A stretch of 64,000 nt of DNA from an uncultured Pseudomonadales bacterium (GCA_964348455.1 CAYGCQ010000002.1:16121-80120); one strand, 5' to 3'. Shown: positions 9,023 to 18,595, numbered from the stretch's first letter. Program-made: numbers and translations. Notes: generated from the letters alone by a model not told the origin.

Positions 9023-9940
9023 ATGTCTGAATTCGATAAAAGAAAACTAATTGAACAAGTTCTATCCAAAGAACCTCTTCCATATATTAATCCTGAGGTC
9101 TACGAGACGAAACAGGGACTAACATATCTCAAAGAACCGGGTGTTGCTATTATCTCCATTCCCCATGTCGATCTTCGTGGCGCTCAAGGATTTCTTGATG
9201 GTTTTCCTAAAGAGCTTGAATTTTTTAAATATCTGGATGATCCGACTCCTCTTCCTCCGGCTGAAACCCTAGTAAAGTTCGCCGGTCAACTTTGTTATCT
9301 CAGTCACGGTCCAAACAGGACTTTAAACAAAGAGGCTCAAACCTATCTCAAAAACATAAAAGAATCCGGCCACGGTTCGGTCTTGGAGCATAGCAATATT
9401 TCCATTCTTCTCTGGGGTGTTTCCCGAAGTCTCACTCATGAACTAGTACGCCACCGCGCCGGCTTTGGTTTCTCTCAGGTCTCCCAGCGATATGTCGGTG
9501 GCCGTACTTTGCGTTTTGTAGAACGCCCCGAATATTCCGAAGACGAGTTCCTTCATAGGCTATTCGAAGATAGAATTGAAAATACTCAGCATGAGTATGA
9601 ATGGATTACAAATTATCTTTATGAAAAGCAGAAAGAATATTCAGGTGGAATCCTAAGTGCTGAGCATAAAACTGATTTACGAAAAAAGGTTCGTCAATCA
9701 GCTAGGTCGCTCCTCCCCAACGAAACCGAAGCCCCTGTCGTCGTTACTGGCAATGTCCGTGCTTGGAGGCATTTTCTAAGCATGAGGGGTAGTGAGCATG
9801 CCGAAACAGAAATTCGTAGAGCTGCTTTCGAAGTTTATCGCTGTCTGGATCAAGTCGCCCCTATATTATTCGAAGACTTTGAAGTTAAAGTTTTCCCGGA
9901 TAGCACAAATGGTTTATTCACACCCTTTCCGAAGGTTTAA
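9023..9940 (+). CDS. thyX: flavin-dependent thymidylate synthase ThyX
   Basis: ThyX signature ...HELVRHRAGFGFSQVSQRY (RHR...S.RY). Confidence 0.8.
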   Translation: MSEFDKRKLIEQVLSKEPLPYINPEVYETKQGLTYLKEPGVAIISIPHVDLRGAQGFLDGFPKELEFFKYLDDPTPLPPAETLVKFAGQLCYLSHGPNRTLNKEAQTYLKNIKESGHGSVLEHSNISILLWGVSRSLTHELVRHRAGFGFSQVSQRYVGGRTLRFVERPEYSEDEFLHRLFEDRIENTQHEYEWITNYLYEKQKEYSGGILSAEHKTDLRKKVRQSARSLLPNETEAPVVVTGNVRAWRHFLSMRGSEHAETEIRRAAFEVYRCLDQVAPILFEDFEVKVFPDSTNGLFTPFPKV

Positions 9941-9949
9941 AATGCTTTC

Positions 9950-10612
9950 ATGGAAGTCCGATTAAAAACATCATGGAAAAACCTCCTCAAAGATGAGTTT
10001 GAGAAACCTTACTTTAAGGACTTAACTGAATTTGTCAAAAGTGAATATAAAACCGGCACGGTCTATCCACCCGCCAAATTTATTTTTAACGCCCTCGATA
10101 GTGTCCCTTTTGAAAAAGTTAAGGTAGTTATTCTTGGCCAAGATCCCTATCACGGCCCAGGTCAGGCCCACGGTCTTTCATTCTCGGTTCCTGAAGGAGT
10201 TAAGCTGCCCCCATCACTTCAGAATATTTACAAAGAAATTGAAACAGATATTGGTCTTACTCGACCTTCATCCGGAAACCTAGAGCGTTGGACTAAGCAA
10301 GGTGTTCTTCTTCTCAATGCCACGCTTACTGTTCGCGGTGGACTCGCAGGTTCTCATCAGAACAAAGGTTGGGAGATTTTCACCGATGCGGTTATTCATA
10401 CTTTAGCAAATCAAAAAGATAATTTAGTCTTTATTCTCTGGGGAAATTACGCCAAACAGAAAGGATCTTTTTTGGATCCAAAAAAACATTTGATATTATC
10501 TTCACCCCATCCTTCTCCTTTTTCTGCTCATTCCGGTTTTTTTGGCAGCCGACCCTTCAGCCAAGCCAATGATTATCTCGCTTCCCACAAGCAGGCAATC
10601 ATTGACTGGTAG
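9950..10612 (+). CDS. ung: uracil-DNA glycosylase, family 1
   Basis: LGQDPYHGPGQAHGLSFSV and HPSPFSA motifs; N-terminal YF..L like E. coli Ung. Confidence 0.9.
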   Translation: MEVRLKTSWKNLLKDEFEKPYFKDLTEFVKSEYKTGTVYPPAKFIFNALDSVPFEKVKVVILGQDPYHGPGQAHGLSFSVPEGVKLPPSLQNIYKEIETDIGLTRPSSGNLERWTKQGVLLLNATLTVRGGLAGSHQNKGWEIFTDAVIHTLANQKDNLVFILWGNYAKQKGSFLDPKKHLILSSPHPSPFSAHSGFFGSRPFSQANDYLASHKQAIIDW

Positions 10613-10626
10613 GGGCCTCGTTTCAA

Positions 10627-11097
10627 TTAGTCGACTGCTTGTGTCCCCGACTCTGTCGTGGTTTCGGTAGCTGTATTTGTTTCAGTTATATCCTTCTGAT
10701 TAATTTTGTTTTCTTTTAGCCAGACAACTAGAGATTCTTGAAGTTTTTTTACTTCCAACCTCTTAGCCTTTATCGCAGCTAGTCTGGTCATGAGAACCTT
10801 TCTTTGGGCTTCAGTAATTCTCTTTCTTGCGGCAAGCTGCTTGATCTTTGTCTCACTTACTGCTTCATCCACTTCTTTTGATTCTTCTTTTGGTGTTGGT
10901 GTTACAGAAGGTGTGGTGCGCACAAATAAACTTCTAACTGAAAATGAACTTTTCTTAGAATCTGTCTGTTCACCCATCACTTCACCTTTTTGGAACCACT
11001 TGTCAAACGGCCAGAATGCAGAGCTTGTTTTTGGAAGGACTAAGGCCATTGCCAACATCCCCACCACGATTCCTCCTATAATTTTTTTATTCTTCAT
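10627..11097 (-). CDS. secreted or membrane-anchored coiled-coil protein, function unknown
   Basis: N-terminal signal/TM (IIGGIVVGMLAMALVL), Lys/Glu-rich coiled-coil middle region. Confidence 0.45.
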   Translation of the reverse strand: MKNKKIIGGIVVGMLAMALVLPKTSSAFWPFDKWFQKGEVMGEQTDSKKSSFSVRSLFVRTTPSVTPTPKEESKEVDEAVSETKIKQLAARKRITEAQRKVLMTRLAAIKAKRLEVKKLQESLVVWLKENKINQKDITETNTATETTTESGTQAVD

Positions 11098-11162
11098 ACA
11101 GGTTGTAAATATTAACTAGTATTTTCATTGTAAACAACTACTGTGGATAATCAATCTGGTTG

Positions 11163-11192
11163 ATAACAAAAAGAGCTCCCTTTGGAGGAGCT
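11163..11192 (-). terminator. minus-strand Rho-independent terminator (agagctcc-tccaaagg-ggagctct + T-run) after the radical SAM gene
   Basis: 8-bp perfect stem; T-run on the minus strand. Confidence 0.55.
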
Positions 11193-11199
11193 CTAATAC

Positions 11200-12315
11200 C
11201 TATTTCCACTTTCTGACTATGGCATGGCAGGTGTTGCACATGTCATCAAATGGACAGGCTGTGCAGTCTTCTTCGGTTCCATCGGGCTTACAATTTGCCG
11301 AAGCTTTCCGTCGATTTGCGAGATAAACAAGTTTGTGTATCTGAGCAATAGACTTTTTTACAGTTTCAAAGACTGCTTCGCCGGTATGAATGTCGGCATT
11401 ACACAATCCACTTTTGACAGGAATGCATTGAGGGGTCGGGATACATACCTCTCCTTCAGATCTGACCATTAGTCCGTTAACACTTATAGTCCCATGCTCA
11501 ACCTTGATCTTTAAAGCTTCGCACATTCCACCTTGGGGGACTTGAACATTATTTACTCCGGCTACCTGGGTAATAATAGTCTCCCCTTTGATGAATATCT
11601 TGTGACGGAAGCCGGTGCTTTCATCTAGAGGATATATTGTCGTGTTCAGATCGTGCGAATTTCCAAAGTCGGCAAAGTGTGCTTCTAGGTGAGTGTATAT
11701 ATCTTCAAACTCCTTGTCACCCAAAGCATATTCTTTATATCCACTACTTGCTGTGACGAAGTTTATAAGATCCAGAAGTTTTTGTTTGTTTCCTAGAAAC
11801 GATCTATTTATCACGACTGTGGTAAACAGGTCATGATCAAGAATGTGGTACAGTCCCTGATCATCCCGAACCTCTCTCTGCTTAGGATACAGAGCGATTA
11901 TCCTTTTAAGAATAGACAGATATTCCTTGTCATTTATGCCCGGCTGAAGACTCAAATTAAAGTTTGTCAGCAGCCCTTTTTCATAAAGGTCCAGAGCATA
12001 GTCTAGATTCTTTTTTTCAATTTTGAGACTTGATATTAATCCAGCCGTGACGATTGAAACTTTTTTTCCAAGACTCAAAATATGGTCACAAATCTCAATG
12101 AAATTTGGATGAAGAAGGGGTTCTCCTCCAATTGGGAGTATTTGATCACACTGAACATACTCATTGATCCAATCTATCCGGACAATAATTAAATCAAGAG
12201 GTACATGCTTCCCTCTTGAGTGAACTACGTCTTTTTTGTAGCACCACGGACAAGATCCGTAGCACCTGTCTGTAATCTCCACAAAAGCGGAGTTCTTACT
12301 CGTAATGGTGGCCAT
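11200..12315 (-). CDS. radical SAM enzyme with a C-terminal SPASM-like auxiliary Cys cluster
   Basis: CYGSCPWC (Cx3Cx2C) and GGEPLLHP near the N-terminus; C-terminal CKPDGTEEDCTACPFDDMCNTC (Cx2Cx5Cx2C-like). Confidence 0.7.
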   Translation of the reverse strand: MATITSKNSAFVEITDRCYGSCPWCYKKDVVHSRGKHVPLDLIIVRIDWINEYVQCDQILPIGGEPLLHPNFIEICDHILSLGKKVSIVTAGLISSLKIEKKNLDYALDLYEKGLLTNFNLSLQPGINDKEYLSILKRIIALYPKQREVRDDQGLYHILDHDLFTTVVINRSFLGNKQKLLDLINFVTASSGYKEYALGDKEFEDIYTHLEAHFADFGNSHDLNTTIYPLDESTGFRHKIFIKGETIITQVAGVNNVQVPQGGMCEALKIKVEHGTISVNGLMVRSEGEVCIPTPQCIPVKSGLCNADIHTGEAVFETVKKSIAQIHKLVYLANRRKASANCKPDGTEEDCTACPFDDMCNTCHAIVRKWK

Positions 12316-12404
12316 GATGCCTCCTCTATTTTAGGGTACGTGCAATTAAGAGATATCATACCCCATAGTCTAGAGAAAGTCAAACTTCTGAGCCTGTTTA
12401 CCCC

Positions 12405-12839
12405 CTACTTGTAGTAGCTCTTCACCTGAAATAGTAGATATAGGGAGATTCCACTTCCGACCACCATTCCAAGCAACTGCATGGTAAGAAGTGAGTAGAT
12501 GGCATTGACCAGAACAGAATAGTAGGCATAGTTCCAGCCCATTTTTGATCTTTTAAACAGTCCAGGGATAGAAAGCAACATCAAGACAAAAGCTACGATC
12601 AGAAAAATTGCCGGCAAAGTGAAGTTAAAACCCGATCTTGCCGCCATGTAACCCCCATAGGGGGTACCATACATCATGGCGTTAAATCCCCAGAGGGCAG
12701 TAATTCCCGGTATAGTCGCAATAACCCCAATTATTTCAATCCAGGGTGCAAAATCTACGATCAGACCCTTCATATTCTTTGGTAAAGCTGGGGCCTTCTT
12801 TACCAGATACACCTCTAGTGTCTTAGATAGATTATCCAT
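12405..12839 (-). CDS. polytopic membrane protein (3-4 TM helices), co-transcribed upstream of the radical SAM gene
   Basis: 144 aa, hydrophobic helices; 90-bp gap with an AGGAGG SD before the radical SAM start. Confidence 0.5.
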   Translation of the reverse strand: MDNLSKTLEVYLVKKAPALPKNMKGLIVDFAPWIEIIGVIATIPGITALWGFNAMMYGTPYGGYMAARSGFNFTLPAIFLIVAFVLMLLSIPGLFKRSKMGWNYAYYSVLVNAIYSLLTMQLLGMVVGSGISLYLLFQVKSYYK

Positions 12840-12990
12840 AGTTTTTTGTAACTACTAATATAATAATTCTAACAGTTTTTCAAAAAAAGGCAGAACTTGC
12901 ACAGCAGAAAGATCAGCTTCGATAAGTTGACCAATAAGGCTTATAGTGATATACTCTCCAAAGTAAAAATTCGCACCTTAAGGAGTTAAA

Positions 12991-13701
12991 ATGACTTTTC
13001 TTTCGCTTGCAATGGCCTTTCTATCTCTCGTGGCTCTGGAAACGGTTCTGGGAATAGATAACATTGTCTTTGTCGGGATACTTTCCGACAGACTGGAATC
13101 AGGCCAGAGGCCTCGAGCACGAATGCTTGGTTTGGTGGGAGCCATTTTTACACGATGTATTCTTCTCTTGGCAATCTCCTGGCTTGTCGGGCTTACAAGC
13201 CCTCTATTTGTCGTCTTTGGGCACGCTGTTAGTTTAAAGGACTTGATCTTGCTAGCTGGAGGCCTATTCCTCATCTACAAGGCCACTATGGAAATTCATC
13301 ATCTGATGGAAAATGGCCAAGAGGTGGCATCAAATCCATCTGGTAAGGTGGCTTCTTTTTGGGGAACCATCGGCACAATCATGATCATGGATGTGGTTTT
13401 CTCACTTGATAGTGTGATTACCGCGGTGGCTATGGTAAACCAGGTTTCGCTAATGATAGCGGCCATCATCGTCGCGATGTTAATCATGATAATGTCGGTA
13501 AATAAAATTTCCGATTTTATCTCTCTCCATCCGACGGTAAAAACTCTGGCGCTATCCTTCTTACTCATGATTGGATTCACACTCATAGTTGGAGCTATTG
13601 GTTTCGAAATACCCAAAGCTTTTATCTATGTGGCGATGGGGTTCTCAATCTTCGTTGAAACACTGAACATAAAAATGCATGCCAGGCATAAAAATAAATA
13701 A
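12991..13701 (+). CDS. TerC family integral membrane protein
   Basis: LGIDNIVFVGIL (the TerC LSxDNA motif), 7 TM helices, 236 aa. Confidence 0.8.
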   Translation: MTFLSLAMAFLSLVALETVLGIDNIVFVGILSDRLESGQRPRARMLGLVGAIFTRCILLLAISWLVGLTSPLFVVFGHAVSLKDLILLAGGLFLIYKATMEIHHLMENGQEVASNPSGKVASFWGTIGTIMIMDVVFSLDSVITAVAMVNQVSLMIAAIIVAMLIMIMSVNKISDFISLHPTVKTLALSFLLMIGFTLIVGAIGFEIPKAFIYVAMGFSIFVETLNIKMHARHKNK

Positions 13702-13707
13702 TCTCTG

Positions 13708-13733
13708 AAGGTGCCAATTGGCACCTTTTTTTG
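13708..13733 (+). terminator. Rho-independent terminator (aaggtgcc-aatt-ggcacctt + T7)
   Basis: Perfect 8-bp stem directly after the TerC stop. Confidence 0.65.
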
Positions 13734-13777
13734 TTATTGAGAGCGTTTGGAAGGCAATATGCCTCATCATAGTACCA

Positions 13778-14068
13778 ATGGAAAAATTAATGGGTCTCGG
13801 GAAAGAGGGTCTGCAGTTTTCGGGCAAGGGTGAGGTTTACTCGTTCACTGTTATGTATGACTCTCCTGAAAAATTTCAGTTTCTGTTACCGTATGTAGTT
13901 GCTCTTGTACAGTTGGAAGAAGGTCCAAAAATTACTTCCATGCTTACAGATGTGGATCCTGATAGTGTTTATATCGGCATGCCGGTTGAAATGGTCACAA
14001 GAAAGCTTTCCGAAGACGGAGACAGGGGTGTAATTTCTTATGGATACAAATTCAGGCCACCATTGTAG
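13778..14068 (+). CDS. DUF35-family OB-fold protein (Zn-ribbon/OB-fold, acyl-CoA-metabolism-associated family), stand-alone
   Basis: FQFLLPYVVALVQLEEGPKITSMLTDVDPDSVYIGMPVEMV resembles the DUF35 OB-fold block. Start moved to ATG 13778 because the upstream part of the track ORF overlaps the terminator. Confidence 0.45.
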   Translation: MEKLMGLGKEGLQFSGKGEVYSFTVMYDSPEKFQFLLPYVVALVQLEEGPKITSMLTDVDPDSVYIGMPVEMVTRKLSEDGDRGVISYGYKFRPPL

Positions 14069-14100
14069 TAATTGATGCTATAGAGTGGTAACATCTATCC

Positions 14101-14352
14101 ATGGCAAAAATCAAAAGTCTCTGTGGTAAATGTAACAACGGCTGTTCAGAAGGGTTCACTCTTTTTACCCGAGACGACTCTGAGAAGATAATGAAAAAGT
14201 TTTCATTTCTAAGGGTAATTAAGTCCGGAATAGGTATCGTAGGGAAAACCAAGAAAAACTATCACATAGTCAAGTGCGACAAGCTTATGGCCAATGGCGC
14301 TTGCGAAAGCTATCCTGAAAATGCTCCAGCCTGGTGCAAGATAAAATCTTAG
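14101..14352 (+). CDS. small Cys-rich protein (CGKCNNGC ... C..C), function unknown
   Basis: 83-aa ORF with 7 Cys in two clusters. Confidence 0.35.
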   Translation: MAKIKSLCGKCNNGCSEGFTLFTRDDSEKIMKKFSFLRVIKSGIGIVGKTKKNYHIVKCDKLMANGACESYPENAPAWCKIKS

Positions 14353-14364
14353 TTTCAAGCCTGA

Positions 14365-15186
14365 CTATAGCCAGCGGAAATAACTTCCCGGGAAACTAAC
14401 CTCTACCCCTCCAAACCGCCTTTTAAATTCAGTAAAACCTAACCATCTTTTTTGTGGGGTACGTTCGTCATAAATTCCCTCCAGGTCAAAAAAATTTAAG
14501 CCATTGTTTTTGGCTCTGAGTATTTCTTCCCAAACCAGTTTATAGTGAGCTCCTGAAACTCTCCCCACTTCACTTGTCCAGGTTTGATAGTAGTTTGCAC
14601 AGTCTTTGCTGTAAATTATCAAAAGTCCGGAATGATACGACTCTCCCGACCTGCTAACAATAAGCCTAGCATTCCCTTCAAATCTTTTTAAAATACTCGC
14701 CAGCTCCTTTTCTTTCATGGTCCAAACCTTACTATTTTTTTTCCATAATTTGAAAAACTTCCCAGGATCACACTCTTCCACGACTAAGTTTTTATTTTTT
14801 GATATCTGTCTTCTTGCATTTTCTGACAAATCTTTCCAAAGTTCTTTCTCGCTTTTTGTCAGATCAAGGATAAAAGTTTTTGTTGCTAAGTAGGGGAATT
14901 TACTTATTTTATATCCCGCCATTTTATAACCCAGTTCGTCCTGAACTCTCATCGGCTCAATCACCGAAGACACCACTTTATATTTTTTCTTAAGTTTTTT
15001 TAGGGCTTTCCAGTTAGGGTCATATCGAGATCTCTGTAACTTCATCATCTTCATCCCCATTAAACCAAGTGGAATAATAAAGACATTCATGTTGTGTTTT
15101 TTATCTTCAGATACTATAGATATGACCTTCCATCCTTTGTCTTGCAGATATCCTGCCCATCCGGCTGTCTGCCTAATATCTTCCAT
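14365..15186 (-). CDS. FemAB-family peptidoglycan interpeptide-bridge aminoacyltransferase-like protein (second paralog)
   Basis: Pairs with the adjacent FemX-like gene; similar C-terminal region (KRRFGG.. / FKQGYGGEL). Confidence 0.5.
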   Translation of the reverse strand: MEDIRQTAGWAGYLQDKGWKVISIVSEDKKHNMNVFIIPLGLMGMKMMKLQRSRYDPNWKALKKLKKKYKVVSSVIEPMRVQDELGYKMAGYKISKFPYLATKTFILDLTKSEKELWKDLSENARRQISKNKNLVVEECDPGKFFKLWKKNSKVWTMKEKELASILKRFEGNARLIVSRSGESYHSGLLIIYSKDCANYYQTWTSEVGRVSGAHYKLVWEEILRAKNNGLNFFDLEGIYDERTPQKRWLGFTEFKRRFGGVEVSFPGSYFRWL

Positions 15187-16206
15187 CTACTTTCTAATCC
15201 TTGCCACTAACTTCAAAATAGACCATCGGAATTTATCTGCAATCACATAAACACCATAAAGCGTTTTATTAACTACCAAGTCATAAGTTCCTACAAACTC
15301 CGTCAACTCTCCACCATAGCCCTGTTTAAACCTATGAAAGCCATACCAAGGATCACTCTTGTCTGGCTCAGGCCCCATACTTCCCCACATATCAAACATT
15401 TTGCAGCCATGTTTTTTTCCTAGCTTAATCGCTTCCCACATCATCAGATTATTAGCCATCACCTCTCTATTTTCATTGCTTGAAGCCCCATATGGATAAT
15501 ACAAAACGCCATTTAATTCAAAGAGAACCCATGTTGTTAAAACTTTACCTTCATATAGCGCTTTCATCAAATGTCCTCCCCCGGAAACTATCATGGTCTG
15601 CCACATTTTATGATGATATTTTTTACTGTGAGCAAAAAACTTCTGTCTCTTCGTGGTGTCCTCTGTTAACTTCCAGTACTCGTTAAAAGCCTCTTTAGAA
15701 TTATCTTCTACGATTTGGACACCTCTTTTTTCTGCCAAACGAATATTATATCTCGTCTTCTGATGCATATTTTTCAGTATCTCTTCCTCAGACTTGGAGA
15801 TGTCCAGCTGAAAAGTATATTTAGTAAACAGTGGTTTACCTGACTTCAAGTCAAAGCCACGATTCAATTTTTTCAACTTGTCTTCATTTGTTTTTCCGGC
15901 TTTTTCATTCGGTTCAAGCTTGACCAAAATTGCTCCCTTTTTCTCTGCTTCTTGTTTTATTCCCTCCATTGCCTCACTGTTAGGGATGGCTGACTTTGGA
16001 CAATAGCCTATAAAAAATTTGGTCTTCGGGACCTTATGCCAAGTAATTTGATAAACCTCATCAATAACTTCGTCATTTTCTTCCACCAGGCGCAACACCT
16101 CCACCCCGGTCAGTTTTCGGAACTCTCCCCATTGCCATGACTGTAAGGGGTGTCGGGCGACACGGTCAAATGCTTTTTTGTCTTTTTCTGTAGCTTCTCT
16201 AATCAC
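15187..16206 (-). CDS. FemAB-family (FemX-like) aminoacyl-tRNA-dependent peptidoglycan bridge transferase
   Basis: N-terminal HPLQSWQWGEF (FemX FLQSWEWGE-like), 339 aa. Confidence 0.65.
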   Translation of the reverse strand: MIREATEKDKKAFDRVARHPLQSWQWGEFRKLTGVEVLRLVEENDEVIDEVYQITWHKVPKTKFFIGYCPKSAIPNSEAMEGIKQEAEKKGAILVKLEPNEKAGKTNEDKLKKLNRGFDLKSGKPLFTKYTFQLDISKSEEEILKNMHQKTRYNIRLAEKRGVQIVEDNSKEAFNEYWKLTEDTTKRQKFFAHSKKYHHKMWQTMIVSGGGHLMKALYEGKVLTTWVLFELNGVLYYPYGASSNENREVMANNLMMWEAIKLGKKHGCKMFDMWGSMGPEPDKSDPWYGFHRFKQGYGGELTEFVGTYDLVVNKTLYGVYVIADKFRWSILKLVARIRK

Positions 16207-16298
16207 ACTTCTATTCTACCTTCTTGAGAGCGCCTCAGACAAGCTTGCCGTATTTAAATATCTCATAATGATATAATCGCGAGTGTAAGCACATTTCT

Positions 16299-16523
16299 AT
16301 GGAGGTTCAGATGGATCCGATTCTCGATCTCGAACGTGTATATAAGGCCAAAAAAAGGTTTGCCAGGAATCAGTTTTGGCGCGCTTTAACTGACAAAAAA
16401 CCGACAGAAATAGAAGTCAACGGTCTGAAAAAGGCTATCAAATGGTCCAAAAAAGGAGACCTCGGGTTTTTTCTCAAGCATCTCGCCACTTTTGTCTGTT
16501 GGGTAAAAGAAATAAAAGAATAA
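16299..16523 (+). CDS. small hypothetical protein
   Basis: 74-aa ORF, basic, no recognisable motif. Confidence 0.3.
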   Translation: MEVQMDPILDLERVYKAKKRFARNQFWRALTDKKPTEIEVNGLKKAIKWSKKGDLGFFLKHLATFVCWVKEIKE

Positions 16524-16528
16524 ACAAA

Positions 16529-16548
16529 ATCCCCGCTTAGGCGGGGAT
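16529..16548. terminator. bidirectional terminator hairpin (atccccgc-ttag-gcggggat) flanked by A/T runs, between convergent genes
   Basis: aaaatccccgcttaggcggggatttttt; perfect 8-bp stem. Confidence 0.65.
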
Positions 16549-16550
16549 TT

Positions 16551-18473
16551 TTACCAGTTGTCGATATCATCAAAGTCATCTTTAGATGCCTCAGCCACTT
16601 CCCAGTCTTGAACGATAATTCTTTTCTTGTCTCCAAACTCATCGAATAAGTCATCTTTTTTCGAGTCTTCTCTTTCTTGAGTTCTTGAGCTCTTGGCTCC
16701 TTGAATTCTTTGGGTGTACTCTTCCGGTATTTCCGCTAGAAATCTTGAGGGAATAGAGGCATGTCTACCTCCGTAAGTTAGTCTACTTCGGGCAAAAGAT
16801 AGGGTTAAGTTCTCTTTGGCTCTGGTCATCGCCACATACATCAACCTTCTTTCTTCTTCAATTTCTTCTTTACCACCTTCCAGCATTGATCTGGAGTGGG
16901 GGAACAATCCCTCCTCTAATCCCACAACAAAAACATTGTCAAACTCCAAACCTTTGGCAGCATGCACCGTCATCAAGGTGATTTTTGCGTTTGACCGGTG
17001 CTGTTTTATATCGGCTTCTGACAATGCAGCACTTTCCAAGAATAGAGATACATTTGTGTACTCACTTGCAACGGCCAGCAGCTCGTTAATATTTTCTATT
17101 CTAGCCACGTCATCTTCATCTCTTTCGTCGAACTTATCTAGATAATTTGTGACATTAATAATTTGCTCCAGGAGTTTACCTGGCTGTTCTTCTTCTCTTT
17201 CTTCAATAGGTAGTTTTTCAAGCCAATTATCAAAAGCTGCTGCCCTTCTCTTTCCGATTTTTACAATTCTGATTCGACTAATCTCTTCTTTTGGATTGTG
17301 AAGAAGTCTCAGATACGCAATTAAGTCTTTGACTTCTGCCCGATTATAAAACCGGAGACCTCCAATCAACTTATAAGGAATATCTCTTTTGAGAAGTTCG
17401 TCTTCCAGTGACCGAGACTGGGCATTTGTCCTGTAAAGTACTGCCAACTCTTCTTCGCGGTCAATAATTTTTTTGGCACTGTCTACAACATATTTCGCTT
17501 CATCTTTCTCATCAGCGGCTTCAAACAAATTAACCTTGCTTCCAATCTCTCTGGTTGCCGAAAGTTTTAATGTCGGATGGTTTTTATTATTACTCACCAC
17601 ACTGTAGGCAGCATCTAGAATATACTGCGTGCTTCGATAGTTTTTAGGAAGACCCACTGTAGTTAAGTTCGGATAAGTTTCTTCCAGTAGTTTTAAATTT
17701 CGATAATCTGCGCCACGGAAAGAATATATGGCTTGAGCCGCATCTCCCACCGCCGTGATATTTCCATCTTCTCCAGCTAATTGCTTCGTAAGTTCGAACT
17801 GAGCCTTGTTTGTATCTTGGTACTCATCGACAAGGATCCATTCAAGTTTCTGATTTATTTCATTTTTAATTCTTTCAATCTTCAGTAAATCAACAGCTTT
17901 CACCAGCAAATCATCAAAGTCTACGGCATTGTTCCTTGTCAAGCTGTCTTGATAGAGTCTCCACACTTTTGCCAATTGGCGATAGAAATAGTCTTTGGCT
18001 GTATCCTCTGCCATTTTTACGGTTACCAAATCATTTTTCATTTTACTGATTAGAGCCAAAAACATTCCCGGCTTGCTTTGCTTTGGATCTATCGAGAGGG
18101 ATTTGAGAACCCCTTTCATGGTCGATAGCGAGTCATCGCTATCAAAGATTACGAAGCCTGGACTTACCCCTACATTCGTACCATACGTTCTCAGTAGTTT
18201 TGCACAAAAAGTATGGAATGTTCCGGAGAATCCCAACTCTATCTTCTTATCACCTATTTTTTTTATTCTTTCTTTCATCTCACCTGCTGCTTTATTCGTA
18301 AAAGTCAGCAATACTATTTTTGACGGATCAACCTTTTTCTCCCTTATTAACCATTCGGTCCTGTAGGTAAGTACACGAGTTTTGCCTGATCCGGCTCCGG
18401 CAAGTACCAACAAAGGCCCTTCCTGATGAGTCACTGCTGCTAGTTGCTCTTCGTTTAAATAGTTTTCTTCCAC
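16551..18473 (-). CDS. pcrA: ATP-dependent DNA helicase PcrA/UvrD/Rep family
   Basis: LLVLAGAGSGKTRVLT Walker A, VDEYQDTN motif, acidic C-terminal tail; 640 aa. Confidence 0.85.
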   Translation of the reverse strand: MEENYLNEEQLAAVTHQEGPLLVLAGAGSGKTRVLTYRTEWLIREKKVDPSKIVLLTFTNKAAGEMKERIKKIGDKKIELGFSGTFHTFCAKLLRTYGTNVGVSPGFVIFDSDDSLSTMKGVLKSLSIDPKQSKPGMFLALISKMKNDLVTVKMAEDTAKDYFYRQLAKVWRLYQDSLTRNNAVDFDDLLVKAVDLLKIERIKNEINQKLEWILVDEYQDTNKAQFELTKQLAGEDGNITAVGDAAQAIYSFRGADYRNLKLLEETYPNLTTVGLPKNYRSTQYILDAAYSVVSNNKNHPTLKLSATREIGSKVNLFEAADEKDEAKYVVDSAKKIIDREEELAVLYRTNAQSRSLEDELLKRDIPYKLIGGLRFYNRAEVKDLIAYLRLLHNPKEEISRIRIVKIGKRRAAAFDNWLEKLPIEEREEEQPGKLLEQIINVTNYLDKFDERDEDDVARIENINELLAVASEYTNVSLFLESAALSEADIKQHRSNAKITLMTVHAAKGLEFDNVFVVGLEEGLFPHSRSMLEGGKEEIEEERRLMYVAMTRAKENLTLSFARSRLTYGGRHASIPSRFLAEIPEEYTQRIQGAKSSRTQEREDSKKDDLFDEFGDKKRIIVQDWEVAEASKDDFDDIDNW

Positions 18474-18508
18474 TCAAATATTGTATTGCATTTATCGCTA
18501 CGAAACAC

Positions 18509-18535
18509 TGTCATCCCTGGCTTGACCAGGGATCC
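18509..18535 (+). repeat. REP-like hairpin repeat, type B (tgtcatccctgg-cttga-ccagggatcc)
   Basis: Conserved TGTCAT/ATCC flanks around a perfect 8-bp stem. Confidence 0.6.
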
Positions 18536-18569
18536 ATCCAATAAGTACCGAATTAGGAATTAATCTAAT

Positions 18570-18595
18570 GGATTCCTGCCTTTGCAGGAATGACA
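18570..18595 (-). repeat. REP-like hairpin repeat, type B, inverted orientation (BIME-like pair with 18509..18535)
   Basis: ggattcctgc-cttt-gcaggaatgaca is the reverse complement of the family consensus. Confidence 0.6.

Noticed and set aside
12978-13616. Minus-strand ORFs 12978..13274 and 13299..13616
   Set aside because: Antisense to the well-supported TerC-family gene (12991..13701); the translations are Pro/Arg-rich or Met/Ile-rich mirror products typical of antisense frames.
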